Source of the DNA: an unidentified bacterial endosymbiont
Lineage (GTDB): Bacteria > Pseudomonadota > Gammaproteobacteria > Enterobacterales > G038960095
Length of the DNA stretch: 24,000 bases
Direction: 5' to 3'
NCBI RefSeq assembly: GCF_918320885.1
Contig: NZ_OU907312.1
Coordinates: forward strand, 534,465-558,464
In this document: positions 1 to 8,775 of the stretch, piece by piece
Position numbering within the stretch: the first letter of the stretch is position 1
Layout: every line of letters begins with the position of its first letter
The notes under the pieces: generated by a model
The model's database searches: none
What the model saw: the letters and a program-made list of their open reading frames with translations, nothing else
Told to the model about the DNA's origin: nothing
Position numbers and translations under genes: made by a program

Positions 1-179
<179 letters not shown>

Positions 180-256
180 CTAGCGCGTTTCCGGATAAAA
201 GCAACCGTCTATGAAGGGCTCCTTGCGGTTAGTCTGCTGTCAATACGCCATCACTT

Positions 257-898
257 TCATTCTCTGCACAGCCCACTGCTGTGGCTGTTCCTACTGTCGT
301 GTGGTTCAATGGCTGGTAGGTTGCTGTTTGGGTTTAAAGGCATCACAGTAGCTTGTGGCGAATTGGGTAATGCAGCCATCTCTTGTACCATGGCATCCCT
401 TGGGGATCTGACTTGCGCTTCATGATCACAGCAGTGGTGGGTGGTTTGCTGTGAAAGATGGCCAATCTCTTTTCCAAGATAACCTAAGCTTTTAGCCGTT
501 CCTTCAATGAGGTACACCAGGCCTTTTGCAGAATCAAATGGCAAAGCAACACCATAAACGCCAATATCAGCGAGGTGTTGCAGGAGGGTACGCTGCTCTA
601 GATAGTTCAAGGGATAGCAGGGAGCATGGGTATGGGTGACAACATGATAGCCTTTAACAGCAACAGCGACTGGTAATTTAACAAGATGCAGCACTAAGTA
701 AGCACCATCACAGAGCACGGTAGCACCCTGTTTGCCGACCCGTACGCCTAAATTCTCACCCCTGATAACCTTGAGTTTATCAAACTTATGCTGTCTAAAC
801 TCCTCCATGAAGTATCTCCAGCCTTTTTTAAGCGTTAGCTTTAAGGGCAAATCATCTTCATGAGCAGTGGTCCTATTAGCGTCTATTAAAGATGGCAT
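257..898 (-). CDS. hypothetical protein, 213 aa, no family recognised
   Basis: Long ORF with a strong Shine-Dalgarno (GAGGAG, 5 nt before the ATG at 898) and an AT-rich upstream region (960-1080). The beta-rich core includes KGYHVVTHTHAPC and HHCCDHE. The C-terminal ~50 aa are low-complexity (P/S/N-rich). Confidence 0.55.
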   Translation of the reverse strand: MPSLIDANRTTAHEDDLPLKLTLKKGWRYFMEEFRQHKFDKLKVIRGENLGVRVGKQGATVLCDGAYLVLHLVKLPVAVAVKGYHVVTHTHAPCYPLNYLEQRTLLQHLADIGVYGVALPFDSAKGLVYLIEGTAKSLGYLGKEIGHLSQQTTHHCCDHEAQVRSPRDAMVQEMAALPNSPQATVMPLNPNSNLPAIEPHDSRNSHSSGLCRE

Positions 899-1167
899 GT
901 GAGCTCCTCGGTGAAGCTAGTTAGGGAGAGAGTTTCAGCCTATCGACCGACCATAAAAACGAGACACTCTGAAGGGTCATTAGGATTGATTATCATCATA
1001 AATTAAACATTATTGTTACAATATAAAAATAATAGATTGAACTGTCAATGACTTTAATTGAATCTAAAGCACTTTCAGGCTACGAGGGTGGAGTCTGTCA
1101 TGGGCGTGACAGGGTTGCAGTTTTTTGCGTTGGATGGTTGATGTCAGACAAGATGAAGCGGTGTGCT

Positions 1168-2283
1168 TTAGCCTACCGCTAGTAACAACGCTAGCATACG
1201 CCGCAGAGGCTCAGCAGCCCCCCATAGCAGCTGATCGCCTACGGTAAAGGCTGCTAAATAGTCAGGGCCTAGTGTGAGTTTGTGTAGACGGCCAATGGCG
1301 ATGGATAAACTGCCGGCGACGGCAGTCGGGGTCAAGCACTGTTGGGTGGCTTCTGGCTGATTATCAATCACCTTGATCCAAGGGTTATGCGTCGCAATCA
1401 TCTGCTCCAGTGTGGGCAGTGACAGGTTTTGCTTTAATTTAATGGTTAAGGCTTGACTATGGCAGCGTAAGGCGGCGACCCGAACACAGAGACCATCAAT
1501 AGGAATGGGCTGGTCAGTCCCCAGAATTTTGTGCGCTTCTGCTTGGCTTTTCCACTCTTCACGGCTTTGTCCGCTGTCGAGGCGACTATCAATCCACGGG
1601 ATCACATTGTGAGCGAGTGGGCTCCCCAAATGGTTCATCGGTAGCTCACCGCTACGGGCCTTGGCGGTCAACTGATGTTCAAGATCGAGCAGGGAGTGGC
1701 TGAGATCCTGAGGGTTAAGAGCGATCGCCCCATGCAGTTGGTACAACTGCTGCAATAGTTCGTGCAAGGCACCCGCCCCAGCCCCTGAAGCGGCTTGGTA
1801 AGTGGCCATCGAGATCCACTCGACGACACCCTGGGCAAATAGGCCCCCCAGTGCCATTAACAGCAGGCTAACAGTACAGTTGCCGCCGACAAAGGTTTTT
1901 ACGCCCTGCTCTAAAGATCGAGTAATGAGTGGTCGATTGACTGGATCTAAAATGATGACGCTCTCTGGATGGTGGCGCAATTGCGCCGAGGCATCGATCC
2001 AGTAGCCTTGCCAGCCTCGTTGCCGCAGTGGATGGTAGAGACGTTGTGTATAGTCGCTGCCCTGGCAGGTGATGAGGATATCGAGTGCTTGTAGGGCCTC
2101 AAGATCATCAGCATTCTGCAGGTTATAGTGCTGACTCGGCCCTAACGGGTGGGCCAGTTGTCCCGCTTGCGAGGTTGAGAAAAAAACAGGGCGGCACTGG
2201 TGCAGCGTCTGCTCTTCCTGCAGTCGCTGCAGTAATACGGACCCTACCAGGCCGCGCCAACCGACAAAACCAATGGTTTTCAT
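1168..2283 (-). CDS. asd: aspartate-semialdehyde dehydrogenase
   Basis: Collinear along its full length with E. coli Asd (MKxxGFxGWRGxVGSVL..., active-site GGNCTVS, C-terminal [16 protein letters not shown]). Confidence 0.95.
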   Translation of the reverse strand: MKTIGFVGWRGLVGSVLLQRLQEEQTLHQCRPVFFSTSQAGQLAHPLGPSQHYNLQNADDLEALQALDILITCQGSDYTQRLYHPLRQRGWQGYWIDASAQLRHHPESVIILDPVNRPLITRSLEQGVKTFVGGNCTVSLLLMALGGLFAQGVVEWISMATYQAASGAGAGALHELLQQLYQLHGAIALNPQDLSHSLLDLEHQLTAKARSGELPMNHLGSPLAHNVIPWIDSRLDSGQSREEWKSQAEAHKILGTDQPIPIDGLCVRVAALRCHSQALTIKLKQNLSLPTLEQMIATHNPWIKVIDNQPEATQQCLTPTAVAGSLSIAIGRLHKLTLGPDYLAAFTVGDQLLWGAAEPLRRMLALLLAVG

Positions 2284-2516
2284 TAAAAGAGCGACTCACC
2301 TCGCGTAGCAAACCGTGAATAGGATTGATGATGGCTTCTTTTATAACAATAAGCCTCTTAAAGCTCAAGGGTCTCTAGCAGTATTGCGCTCATAGTTTCT
2401 GGTTGTTCAGTTAAAAATAGGGCATGCTACTGGTTTATGAGGGTTGTTGTTAACAAACCATTGACAGATAATTTAGAGACAGTTAGTCGGGGCGGGATTA
2501 CATTAAGGATAGCATT

Positions 2517-3113
2517 ATGGATATTAAGTCAACCGCGTTGTTGTTGTTTTTAGCGATGGATTCACCGGGGAATTTATCAGTTTTTAGCGCGGCGCTGCGT
2601 CATTTGGAACCTAAAAGGCGTTGGCAAGTCATCCTTCGTGAGATGCTGTTTGCACTGCTTATCCTGCTACTATTCTTGTTTGCCGGTGAGCCATTGCTCA
2701 AGGGGTTGGGTTTACGATTAGAAACCCTGTCGATAGCGGGTGGATTAATTCTATTTTTAATTTCATTACGAATGATTTTCCCACAGCCTAATGGTGCTTT
2801 GGGATTAGTGAGCAACGAAGAGCCTTTCTTGGTTCCGCTAGCGATTCCCTTGATAGCGGGACCTTCGGCGGTCGCTTTAATATTACGACAAGCAGCCTGT
2901 TATCCACAGCAGTTACCGAGCGTGATTTTAGCAGTCGTGCTGGCTTGGGTAGCTTCTTTGGTAGTCCTGTTATCAGGCACCTTTTGTGTGCGCTGGCTCG
3001 GCAAGAAAGGTCTAAGCACCGTAGAGCGATTGATGGGGCTGATTTTACTATTGGTCTCTATCCAAATGATGTTAGAGGGTTTTCGGTCTTATATGCCCTT
3101 GTTACAGGGGTGA
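2517..3113 (+). CDS. yhgN: MarC/UPF0056 family inner-membrane protein, YhgN-like
   Basis: 198 aa and multi-TM. It resembles E. coli YhgN (...HxEPKRR..., EEPFxVPLAIPLxAGP, ERLMGLIL). The divergent position next to asd matches E. coli. Confidence 0.85.
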   Translation: MDIKSTALLLFLAMDSPGNLSVFSAALRHLEPKRRWQVILREMLFALLILLLFLFAGEPLLKGLGLRLETLSIAGGLILFLISLRMIFPQPNGALGLVSNEEPFLVPLAIPLIAGPSAVALILRQAACYPQQLPSVILAVVLAWVASLVVLLSGTFCVRWLGKKGLSTVERLMGLILLLVSIQMMLEGFRSYMPLLQG

Positions 3114-3700
3114 GCAGTGATGGGCTGCCGCTGATAGAGCCGATAAGCGACTTGGCGGCTCCTAGTCTCACGGTGTAGATACCAATGGTTAGGAAGAGTG
3201 GCTGGTAGCCAGTCTGCTTCTGTTTCAAGGTAGATCCAGGCCTCTTCTGCCAGCCAATGATAACGTTCAAGCTGGATAAACAGTGCTTGTGGCAACGCTT
3301 GATAGAAGGGTGGATCGAGAAAAACGATATTAAAACGGCGATCGGCTGGTTGTGCCAGATAATCTCGACTATCGACAGTCAGTACCGTGGCAGCCTGGCT
3401 TTCGAGCCGCTGGAGTACTTGACCTAATTGCTGTGCCACTAAGGGATTATGCTCCAGTAGGCGCAGGTAACTGGCATCGCGTGATAACGCCTCTATGCCG
3501 AGCGCACCGCTGCCAGCAAAGCAGTCTAGCACAGCAGCACCTGGAAGCATTGGTGCTAGCCAGTTGAAGAGGGTCTCGCGTAGGCGATGACTGGTGGGGC
3601 GCAGACCCTGTTCAGCTAAAACGGCTAGTTTTCTGCCGCGCCAACGGCCGCCGATGATGCGCACGTGGCCAGGGGGCTGCGATAGTAAACGGTTATTCAT
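3089..3700 (-). CDS. rsmD: 16S rRNA (guanine966-N2)-methyltransferase
   Basis: Matches RsmD: RIIGGxWRGRKL, LRPTxxRxRETLFNWL, DCFAGSGALGxEALSR, DPPF, QVAYRLYQR. It is divergent from ftsY as in E. coli, and its 3' end overlaps yhgN by 25 bp. Confidence 0.92.
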   Translation of the reverse strand: MNNRLLSQPPGHVRIIGGRWRGRKLAVLAEQGLRPTSHRLRETLFNWLAPMLPGAAVLDCFAGSGALGIEALSRDASYLRLLEHNPLVAQQLGQVLQRLESQAATVLTVDSRDYLAQPADRRFNIVFLDPPFYQALPQALFIQLERYHWLAEEAWIYLETEADWLPATLPNHWYLHRETRSRQVAYRLYQRQPITAHPCNKGI

Positions 3701-3782
3701 ACGCTACAGAGATGGCTAAAGAGTGCTAAGATAGCGTGTTTAACTTCGGTTAGGCAAGCAGAGTGCAGGAGTTTGAGAGGGC

Positions 3783-4925
3783 ATGACAAAAAAAACGCGA
3801 TCACGGCTACTCACGTGGCTGCTCGGCAACTCCGATCACCCAGGGCAGGCCATCGAGTTGCCACCAACAGCACTGGAATCTAGTGATAGTGCGGGGGGGC
3901 CGGAAGCAGTCTCCTCCAGTGCTAGCGACGGCAACAGACAGCCAAAGGCTGCCAGCGAACCAACCCCCGCTGTCAGACCCGATTCAGAGCCTGCTTTACA
4001 GCGTTTATCTCAGCGGTTACGGCAAACCAAGCAGGCCTTAGGGGCCCATTTTTTCGGTCTATTACAGCGTCGAGTGGTTGATCGTGAACTGTTAGACCGT
4101 TTGGAAACGCAGTTCTTGTTGGCAGATGTGGGTTTGCCGACGACCACTAAAATGATGCAGCGATTAGAGCAAGCGTTTAAAAGCGGCCAGATCCCGGACT
4201 CGCAGGCGCTGCAGGCCCATTTAAAAAAGTTATTGCAGCAGCTGTTACAACCGGTTGAATGCCCGTTGAGGTTTGCAACAGACTCCCCTCCTTATGTAGT
4301 ATTGATGGTGGGGGTCAATGGCGTTGGCAAGACCACCACCCTGGGTAAGCTGGCCTACCAGCTGCAACGGGAGGGACACTCGGTCATGCTGGCTGCCGGA
4401 GATACTTTTCGGGCAGCGGCGGTAGAACAGCTGCAGATCTGGGGCGATCGTTACCAGATTCCGGTGATTGCCCAACCGAGCGGCGCTGATGCTGCAGCGG
4501 TGGCTTTTGATGCACTACAGGCGGCTAAGGCGCGAAAAGTAGATATCTTATTGATAGATACTGCTGGCCGTTTGCACAATAAAGAGCACTTGATGGCCTC
4601 ACTGCAGAAAATGGTTCGGGTGATAAAAAAAGTAGATGAGCGGGCGCCCCAGGAGATCTTATTAACCTTGGATGCGACGACCGGTCAAAACGCGCTGAGT
4701 CAGGTGAGGCTGTTTCATGAAGCAGTCGGGATCACAGGGCTAGTGTTAAGCAAACTAGAGGGGAGTGCCAAAGGCGGAATTGTCTTGGCTTTAGCTGAAC
4801 AGTTCGGGATCCCGATTCGTTATATTGGTTTGGGTGAGCAGCCAGACGATCTTCGCTCCTTTGTCGCCAACGATTTTATTGAAGCGTTACTGACACCGGA
4901 GGAGATGCTGGATAGCGAGCCTTAA
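3783..4925 (+). CDS. ftsY: signal recognition particle receptor FtsY
   Basis: Short acidic, S/P-rich N-terminal region followed by an NG domain (GVNGVGKTTTLGKLA, DTAGRL, LTKLDGSAKGG-like LSKLEGSAKGG). Confidence 0.95.
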   Translation: MTKKTRSRLLTWLLGNSDHPGQAIELPPTALESSDSAGGPEAVSSSASDGNRQPKAASEPTPAVRPDSEPALQRLSQRLRQTKQALGAHFFGLLQRRVVDRELLDRLETQFLLADVGLPTTTKMMQRLEQAFKSGQIPDSQALQAHLKKLLQQLLQPVECPLRFATDSPPYVVLMVGVNGVGKTTTLGKLAYQLQREGHSVMLAAGDTFRAAAVEQLQIWGDRYQIPVIAQPSGADAAAVAFDALQAAKARKVDILLIDTAGRLHNKEHLMASLQKMVRVIKKVDERAPQEILLTLDATTGQNALSQVRLFHEAVGITGLVLSKLEGSAKGGIVLALAEQFGIPIRYIGLGEQPDDLRSFVANDFIEALLTPEEMLDSEP

Positions 4926-5102
4926 ACCCGATAAAAAACGTCGATAGCCAGCCCTACTCCCTCTAAACTTGACTATGGAGGGGTGCGGGGTTGGGGTTGG
5001 CGTAGCGGTTGCAGCCGCTTTAAAAGGGCAGTGGATTGCGGTAGAGTGGTCCGTTCCAGGGGATTGTGGTCGTCCTGGTCTGTAGCATTGATGGAGTGTT
5101 AG

Positions 5103-5954
5103 ATGACAATAAAAACAGAAGCTTGGGCCTGTTTAGTTCCTCAGGGGAGCTTGGAAGGCTATATTCGGGCGGTGGGCCGTTTTCCTCTGTTATCCGCTGA
5201 AGAGGAGCAACAGCTGGCTGAGCGTCTATTTTACAAAGCAGATTTAGAGGCTGCTAAGTCGCTGATTTTATCCCATTTACGATTTGTGGTGCGGATTGCT
5301 CGTAATTATTCTGGTTACGGCTTGCCGCAAGCCGATCTGATTCAAGAGGGCAATATTGGGTTGATGAAAGCGGTCAAGCGTTTTGATCCGACGGTGGGCG
5401 TTCGATTGGTCTCCTTTGCGATTCACTGGATTAAAGCGGAGATCCATGAGTATGTACTGCGTAATTGGCGCATTGTTAAAGTTGCTACCACCAAAGCACA
5501 ACGTAAACTATTTTTTAACTTGCGGAAAACCAAACAGCGACTAGGGTGGTTTAATCAAGATGAAGTGGCCTTAGTGGCGGATGCTTTGGGCGTCAGCGGT
5601 GAGGATGTGCGTGAGATGGAGTCACGCATGGTGGCGCAAGATCTGTCGTTTGATGTTAATCCGGACGATGATCCCACTGAGAGTGTGGTTCCTCCGCTGT
5701 ATTTAGAGGATAAGCTGTCCAATTTTTCCGTGGGCATTGAAGCAGAAAATTGGGAAACGCATGCGGCCGATAAGCTGAGCCAGGCACTACAGAATTTAGA
5801 GGAACGCACGCAGCAGATTATCCGTGCCCGTTGGTTAGATCCACAGAAAGCGACTTTACAAGCGTTAGCCGATCGCTACAGCATATCAGCCGAGCGCATT
5901 CGCCAGCTAGAGCAGAAAGGGTTAAAGGAGTTGCAACACCATATGACAGCGTAA
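5103..5954 (+). CDS. rpoH: RNA polymerase sigma-32 (heat-shock sigma factor)
   Basis: Very close to E. coli RpoH through the RpoB-box region ([38 protein letters not shown], [18 protein letters not shown]). Confidence 0.96.
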   Translation: MTIKTEAWACLVPQGSLEGYIRAVGRFPLLSAEEEQQLAERLFYKADLEAAKSLILSHLRFVVRIARNYSGYGLPQADLIQEGNIGLMKAVKRFDPTVGVRLVSFAIHWIKAEIHEYVLRNWRIVKVATTKAQRKLFFNLRKTKQRLGWFNQDEVALVADALGVSGEDVREMESRMVAQDLSFDVNPDDDPTESVVPPLYLEDKLSNFSVGIEAENWETHAADKLSQALQNLEERTQQIIRARWLDPQKATLQALADRYSISAERIRQLEQKGLKELQHHMTA

Positions 5955-6207
5955 GCTGTCCGGGTCTCCCCTAATCAGCCCAGCTACCCATCAGTGTCAT
6001 CCTCCAGCAGAGCATCGTCGATCTGCTCTTGGCTTGAATGAACGCACTCAATGGTTGTAGTCCCATAGTACTGTAGGGCCTGGTTGAAGACCATGTTTCC
6101 TATTGGAGAATGTCCATGGGTAATCTGAACAGTGATTGTAGGTTTTTTAGCCCTTAAGCCATGCTTATCCTGAACTCAGGTGATGTTAATCCAGCCTTGC
6201 CACTGGC

Positions 6208-6879
6208 ATGGATGAAACAACCATCATGGAAAATATTCAGAAATCATCGGGTCGAACAATAGAAAGCGTAACGCTCTGGTTATCAAATTTTTTATGTACT
6301 GCTTTAGCCATCTTCTCTGTATCTTCCTGTGCCACTACGGGAAACTCTGCAACTCTAAAGCTGAGCTTTGACCAATCCTCCATACCTCATACCACTATTA
6401 TAATTAACGGTAATCCGGTATACGCCATGGTTGATACTGGCGCTACTGTTGGCTTTCACCTCCATGAAGCTCAGCTCAATAAAATAAAAGGACTCAAAAA
6501 AGGGCGCACCTATCGTAGTACTGATGAAACAGGGAAAATCTGGGAGAACATAGAATATCTGGCTGACTCTCTTGAGGTGAATGGACTTCAATTAAAAAAC
6601 GTCACAGTGACCCCCTTGAAACAGTGGGGGATGACACTGTTTGGTGAACATAAAGTGCGAGAGACTCCCGTCGCTGGCCTCGGTGCGTTTAAAGATAAAC
6701 AGATATTACTAGATTATGCGTCCAACTCATTAACTATTTCAGATGATCTCCGCTATCACTCGTTGATTAAAAAAAATTTTAAAGAGTTTCCCTTCCAGAT
6801 CACTGCTGATGGGATGGCCTTTGAAGTTGAGCAGTCTGGGCACAAATACCACCTAATTTCTTCAGTCGGTTCTAGCTGA
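6208..6879 (+). CDS. retropepsin-like (clan AA) aspartic protease, predicted lipoprotein
   Basis: Single catalytic signature MVDTGAT (D76 = 6433-6435). Hydrophobic leader ends in the lipobox VSS|C (C41). A downstream AGLGAFKDKQILLDY block is typical of bacterial retropepsin-like domains. Sampled lines are more AT-rich than the flanks (24/60 GC at 6361-6420 versus 38/60 at 4321-4380). An alternative start is M7 (6226). Confidence 0.65.
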   Translation: MDETTIMENIQKSSGRTIESVTLWLSNFLCTALAIFSVSSCATTGNSATLKLSFDQSSIPHTTIIINGNPVYAMVDTGATVGFHLHEAQLNKIKGLKKGRTYRSTDETGKIWENIEYLADSLEVNGLQLKNVTVTPLKQWGMTLFGEHKVRETPVAGLGAFKDKQILLDYASNSLTISDDLRYHSLIKKNFKEFPFQITADGMAFEVEQSGHKYHLISSVGSS

Positions 6880-6917
6880 GCGGGTGTCACAGCGAACACG
6901 CCCGCTTGGCGTTTTTC
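6880..6917 (+). terminator. candidate rho-independent terminator after the protease gene
   Basis: GCGGGTGT(6880-6887)/ACACGCCC GC(6898-6905) forms an 8-bp GC-rich stem (one G-U) with a 10-nt loop, followed by TTGGCGTTTTTC. It starts 1 nt after the stop codon. Confidence 0.4.
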
Positions 6918-7237
6918 CTTTAATCGATAACGCTCCCCTTTGATAGGGATCGTCGTTGAGTCCTGTCATGATCGGCTCATCACTCACTATCACCCAGGGT
7001 ACCTATCTGTTTCAGGTCAATGGCCCATTAGAGAAATGGGCAGCTTCTGGTCATAATAATTTATCTGAAGGGTTGTCAATGGCTAAGTTTTTTATTTGCC
7101 AAAGAATGCAGGGAGTGCCTAGAGGCCGGTGGCCCTATTCACTGCTTCAATTAACGTTGATAGGCTACACGATGGACTGAAACATTGATCGCCTGAGAAC
7201 AATACGAGATCACTCATAAAATTTTCAGGGGATCATC

Positions 7238-7492
7238 ATGAGGTTAACGGTCAATGATTTTAGACAAACGAGCTGTTTTGCGGATTATACGCTTCGCTTA
7301 GATAGCCATCAGCGATTAAAAAGGGATCAAAAAGGCTGGGTACAACCAGTCCACTCCTTATTGCATCAGATCCCAATGATTCGTCAGCTACCCTGCTTAC
7401 GCCAGCAACGGCTCAGCCAGCGTACCATTAAAAGTGCTTTAATGTTAGCCATTGCTCAAGAGTATGGGACCCAGGCTGTTTATTCTCTTAAT
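7238..7492 (+). pseudogene. 5' fragment (codons 1-85) of an IS-interrupted class-3-lipase-like protein gene
   Basis: AGGGGA Shine-Dalgarno 5 nt before the ATG. The apparent stop codon TGA (7493-7495) is the first three bases of the IS left inverted repeat. The reading frame resumes at 8779 after the IS. Confidence 0.8.
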
Positions 7493-7531
7493 TGATCTTG
7501 CTACCCTTTAACGGACACAACGAAGAGGAAC
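7493..7531. repeat. IS left terminal inverted repeat
   Basis: TGATCTTGCTACCCTTTAACGGACACAACGAAGAGGAAC matches the reverse complement of 8737-8775 at 30 of 39 positions (hand alignment). Confidence 0.85.
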
Positions 7532-7569
7532 AAAGCGTATAATTTTTTGTTACTTTTTGAGGTGAAGTT

Positions 7570-7869
7570 ATGAATCAAGGGGAATCAAGGAGCTATGATA
7601 AGGAATTCAAGCTGAATGCGGTAAAGCTGTATCACAGCACTGGTAAAACGCTCTGTCAATTGAGCGAGGAATTGGGAGTTCCCAAGAGTACATTGGCAGG
7701 GTGGGTCCATCAGCATAACAAGGATGGTGCAGAGGCTTTCCCGGGCAAAGGATACCTGAAAGCGTCTGATGCTGAGCTCAGTCAATTGCGGAAAGAATTG
7801 GCGATAGCACGCGAAGAGAGGGATATCCTAAAAAAAGCCTTGGGCATCTTCTCAGTGGCCCGCAAGTAA
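7570..7869 (+). CDS. IS3-family transposase OrfA (HTH + leucine zipper)
   Basis: 99 aa. KEFKLNAVKLY...LGVPKSTLAGWV is the HTH, and LSQLRKELAIAREERDILKKALGIF is the zipper typical of IS3 OrfA. Confidence 0.9.
   Translation: MNQGESRSYDKEFKLNAVKLYHSTGKTLCQLSEELGVPKSTLAGWVHQHNKDGAEAFPGKGYLKASDAELSQLRKELAIAREERDILKKALGIFSVARK
7830..7836 (+). promoter_or_regulatory. programmed -1 ribosomal frameshift site (A AAA AAA G)
   Basis: The A7 run followed by G lies near the end of orfA. The -1 frame is open from here (KKSLGHLLSGPQVKYQF) into orfB, which would give the OrfAB fusion transposase 7570..8735. Confidence 0.75.
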
Positions 7870-7880
7870 AATACCAGTTT

Positions 7881-8735
7881 ATGCAAAAGCATGCTGGGGA
7901 ATTCAGCGTAGAGAGGATGTCCAACGTGTTAGGTGTATCCCGCAGTGGCTATTATCAGTTTATCAAGGCTGAGCCATCCAAGCGCTATTGTGAGGATGAG
8001 CGTTTAATATCTGAAATTAAAGAGGTTTATACCATAAGCAACCAAATTTACGGTAGCCCACGTATCCATGCTGAGTTACGAGCTAGAGGTGAGCGCTGTT
8101 CACGCAAACGGGTTTGTCGGCTAATGAAAGCAGCCCATATTGCGGCTAAGATGAAAAAACGATTTAAGGTAACCACAATAGTCGATCCAAAGGCCGCAGT
8201 GGCGCCTAATTTACTCAAGCAGAAGTTCACAGCCACTCGCCCTGATCAATACTGGGCAGCAGATATTACCTATATTCCGACCCAAGAGGGATGGTTGTAT
8301 GTTGCTATCGTACTGGACCTGTTCTCTCGTAGTATCGTGGGGATGGATATGCAAGCTCACATGACCACCGAGTTAGTAGCCGCAGCATTACGCCAGGCAA
8401 TAACACGGAGGAAGCCTGCTGCAGGTCTCATCCACCACTCCGACCGAGGCAGCCAGTATACCAGCAAAGGATTCAAGGCTGTATCGGCGCATCACCAGAT
8501 AACGCTTAGCATGAGTAGTACGGGCAATTGTTATGACAATGCAGTAGCAGAGAGTTTTTTCCATACCTTAAAAACAGAGCACACCCACTTTGAACGTTTT
8601 GAGAGCAGAGAACAAGCCAAATTGAGCATTTTTGAATACGTAGAAGTGTTTTATAACCGACAGAGACGGCACTCAACGCTAGGCTATCTGTCTCCTGTAA
8701 ATTTTGAAAAAAATTGGTTATCCCAGGTCGCTTAA
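7881..8735 (+). CDS. IS3-family transposase OrfB (DDE/RNase-H-like integrase core)
   Basis: YWAADITYIPT...(D), HHSDRGSQYTS (D), NCYDNAVAESFFHTLKTE (E), YNRQRRHSTLGYLSP. It is in the -1 frame relative to orfA. Confidence 0.92.
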   Translation: MQKHAGEFSVERMSNVLGVSRSGYYQFIKAEPSKRYCEDERLISEIKEVYTISNQIYGSPRIHAELRARGERCSRKRVCRLMKAAHIAAKMKKRFKVTTIVDPKAAVAPNLLKQKFTATRPDQYWAADITYIPTQEGWLYVAIVLDLFSRSIVGMDMQAHMTTELVAAALRQAITRRKPAAGLIHHSDRGSQYTSKGFKAVSAHHQITLSMSSTGNCYDNAVAESFFHTLKTEHTHFERFESREQAKLSIFEYVEVFYNRQRRHSTLGYLSPVNFEKNWLSQVA

Positions 8736-8736
8736 G

Positions 8737-8775
8737 GTTTCTCTTCTCTGTGTCTAAAAAAAGGTGGCAAGATCA
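8737..8775. repeat. IS right terminal inverted repeat
   Basis: The reverse complement TGATCTTGCCACCTTTTTTTAGACACAGAGAAGAGAAAC pairs with IRL. It ends in the ...CA typical of IS3-family ends. Confidence 0.85.

Larger units (their letters stand above)
7493..8775 (+). mobile_element. IS3-family insertion sequence (IS3 group), 1283 bp, apparently intact
   Basis: Imperfect terminal inverted repeats start TGATCTTGC... and end ...GCAAGATCA. Flanking 3-bp direct repeats are AAT (7490-7492) and AAT (8776-8778). It has an orfA/orfB arrangement with an A7G slippery site, and orfB carries a DDE integrase core. Confidence 0.92.

Noticed and set aside
228-240. 13-mer GTTAGTCTGCTGT shared with 23463-23475, a possible dispersed repeat
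   Set aside because: The flanks do not match, and a few 13-mer coincidences are expected by chance in 24 kb considering both strands.
1802-2368. ORFs 1802..2005(+), 2085..2318(+) and 2123..2368(-) overlapping asd
   Set aside because: They lie within or opposite the asd coding region, are Arg/Pro/Ala-rich, and have no independent signals.
2461-2489. TTGACA-N17-TAGTCG as a yhgN promoter
   Set aside because: The -35 is perfect but the -10 is poor. I could not support it beyond chance.
4977-5000. G-rich tract GGAGGGGTGCGGGGTTGGGGTTGG upstream of rpoH as a G-quadruplex
   Set aside because: It has only three runs of three or more G. The adjacent 5-bp hairpin (5004-5019) is also too weak to call an ftsY terminator.
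6596-6612. GTCAC-A-GTGAC palindrome, and other GTGAC occurrences, checked as possible matS sites for the nearby matP
   Set aside because: matS is GTGAC-N3-GTCAC. This palindrome has the opposite half-site order and 1-nt spacing, and no other occurrence fits.
6956-7180. 74-aa ORF (TTG start) in the islet between the protease gene and the lipase-like gene
   Set aside because: It has no RBS, a non-ATG start and no recognisable motif. I treat the region as non-coding or decayed, but with low certainty.
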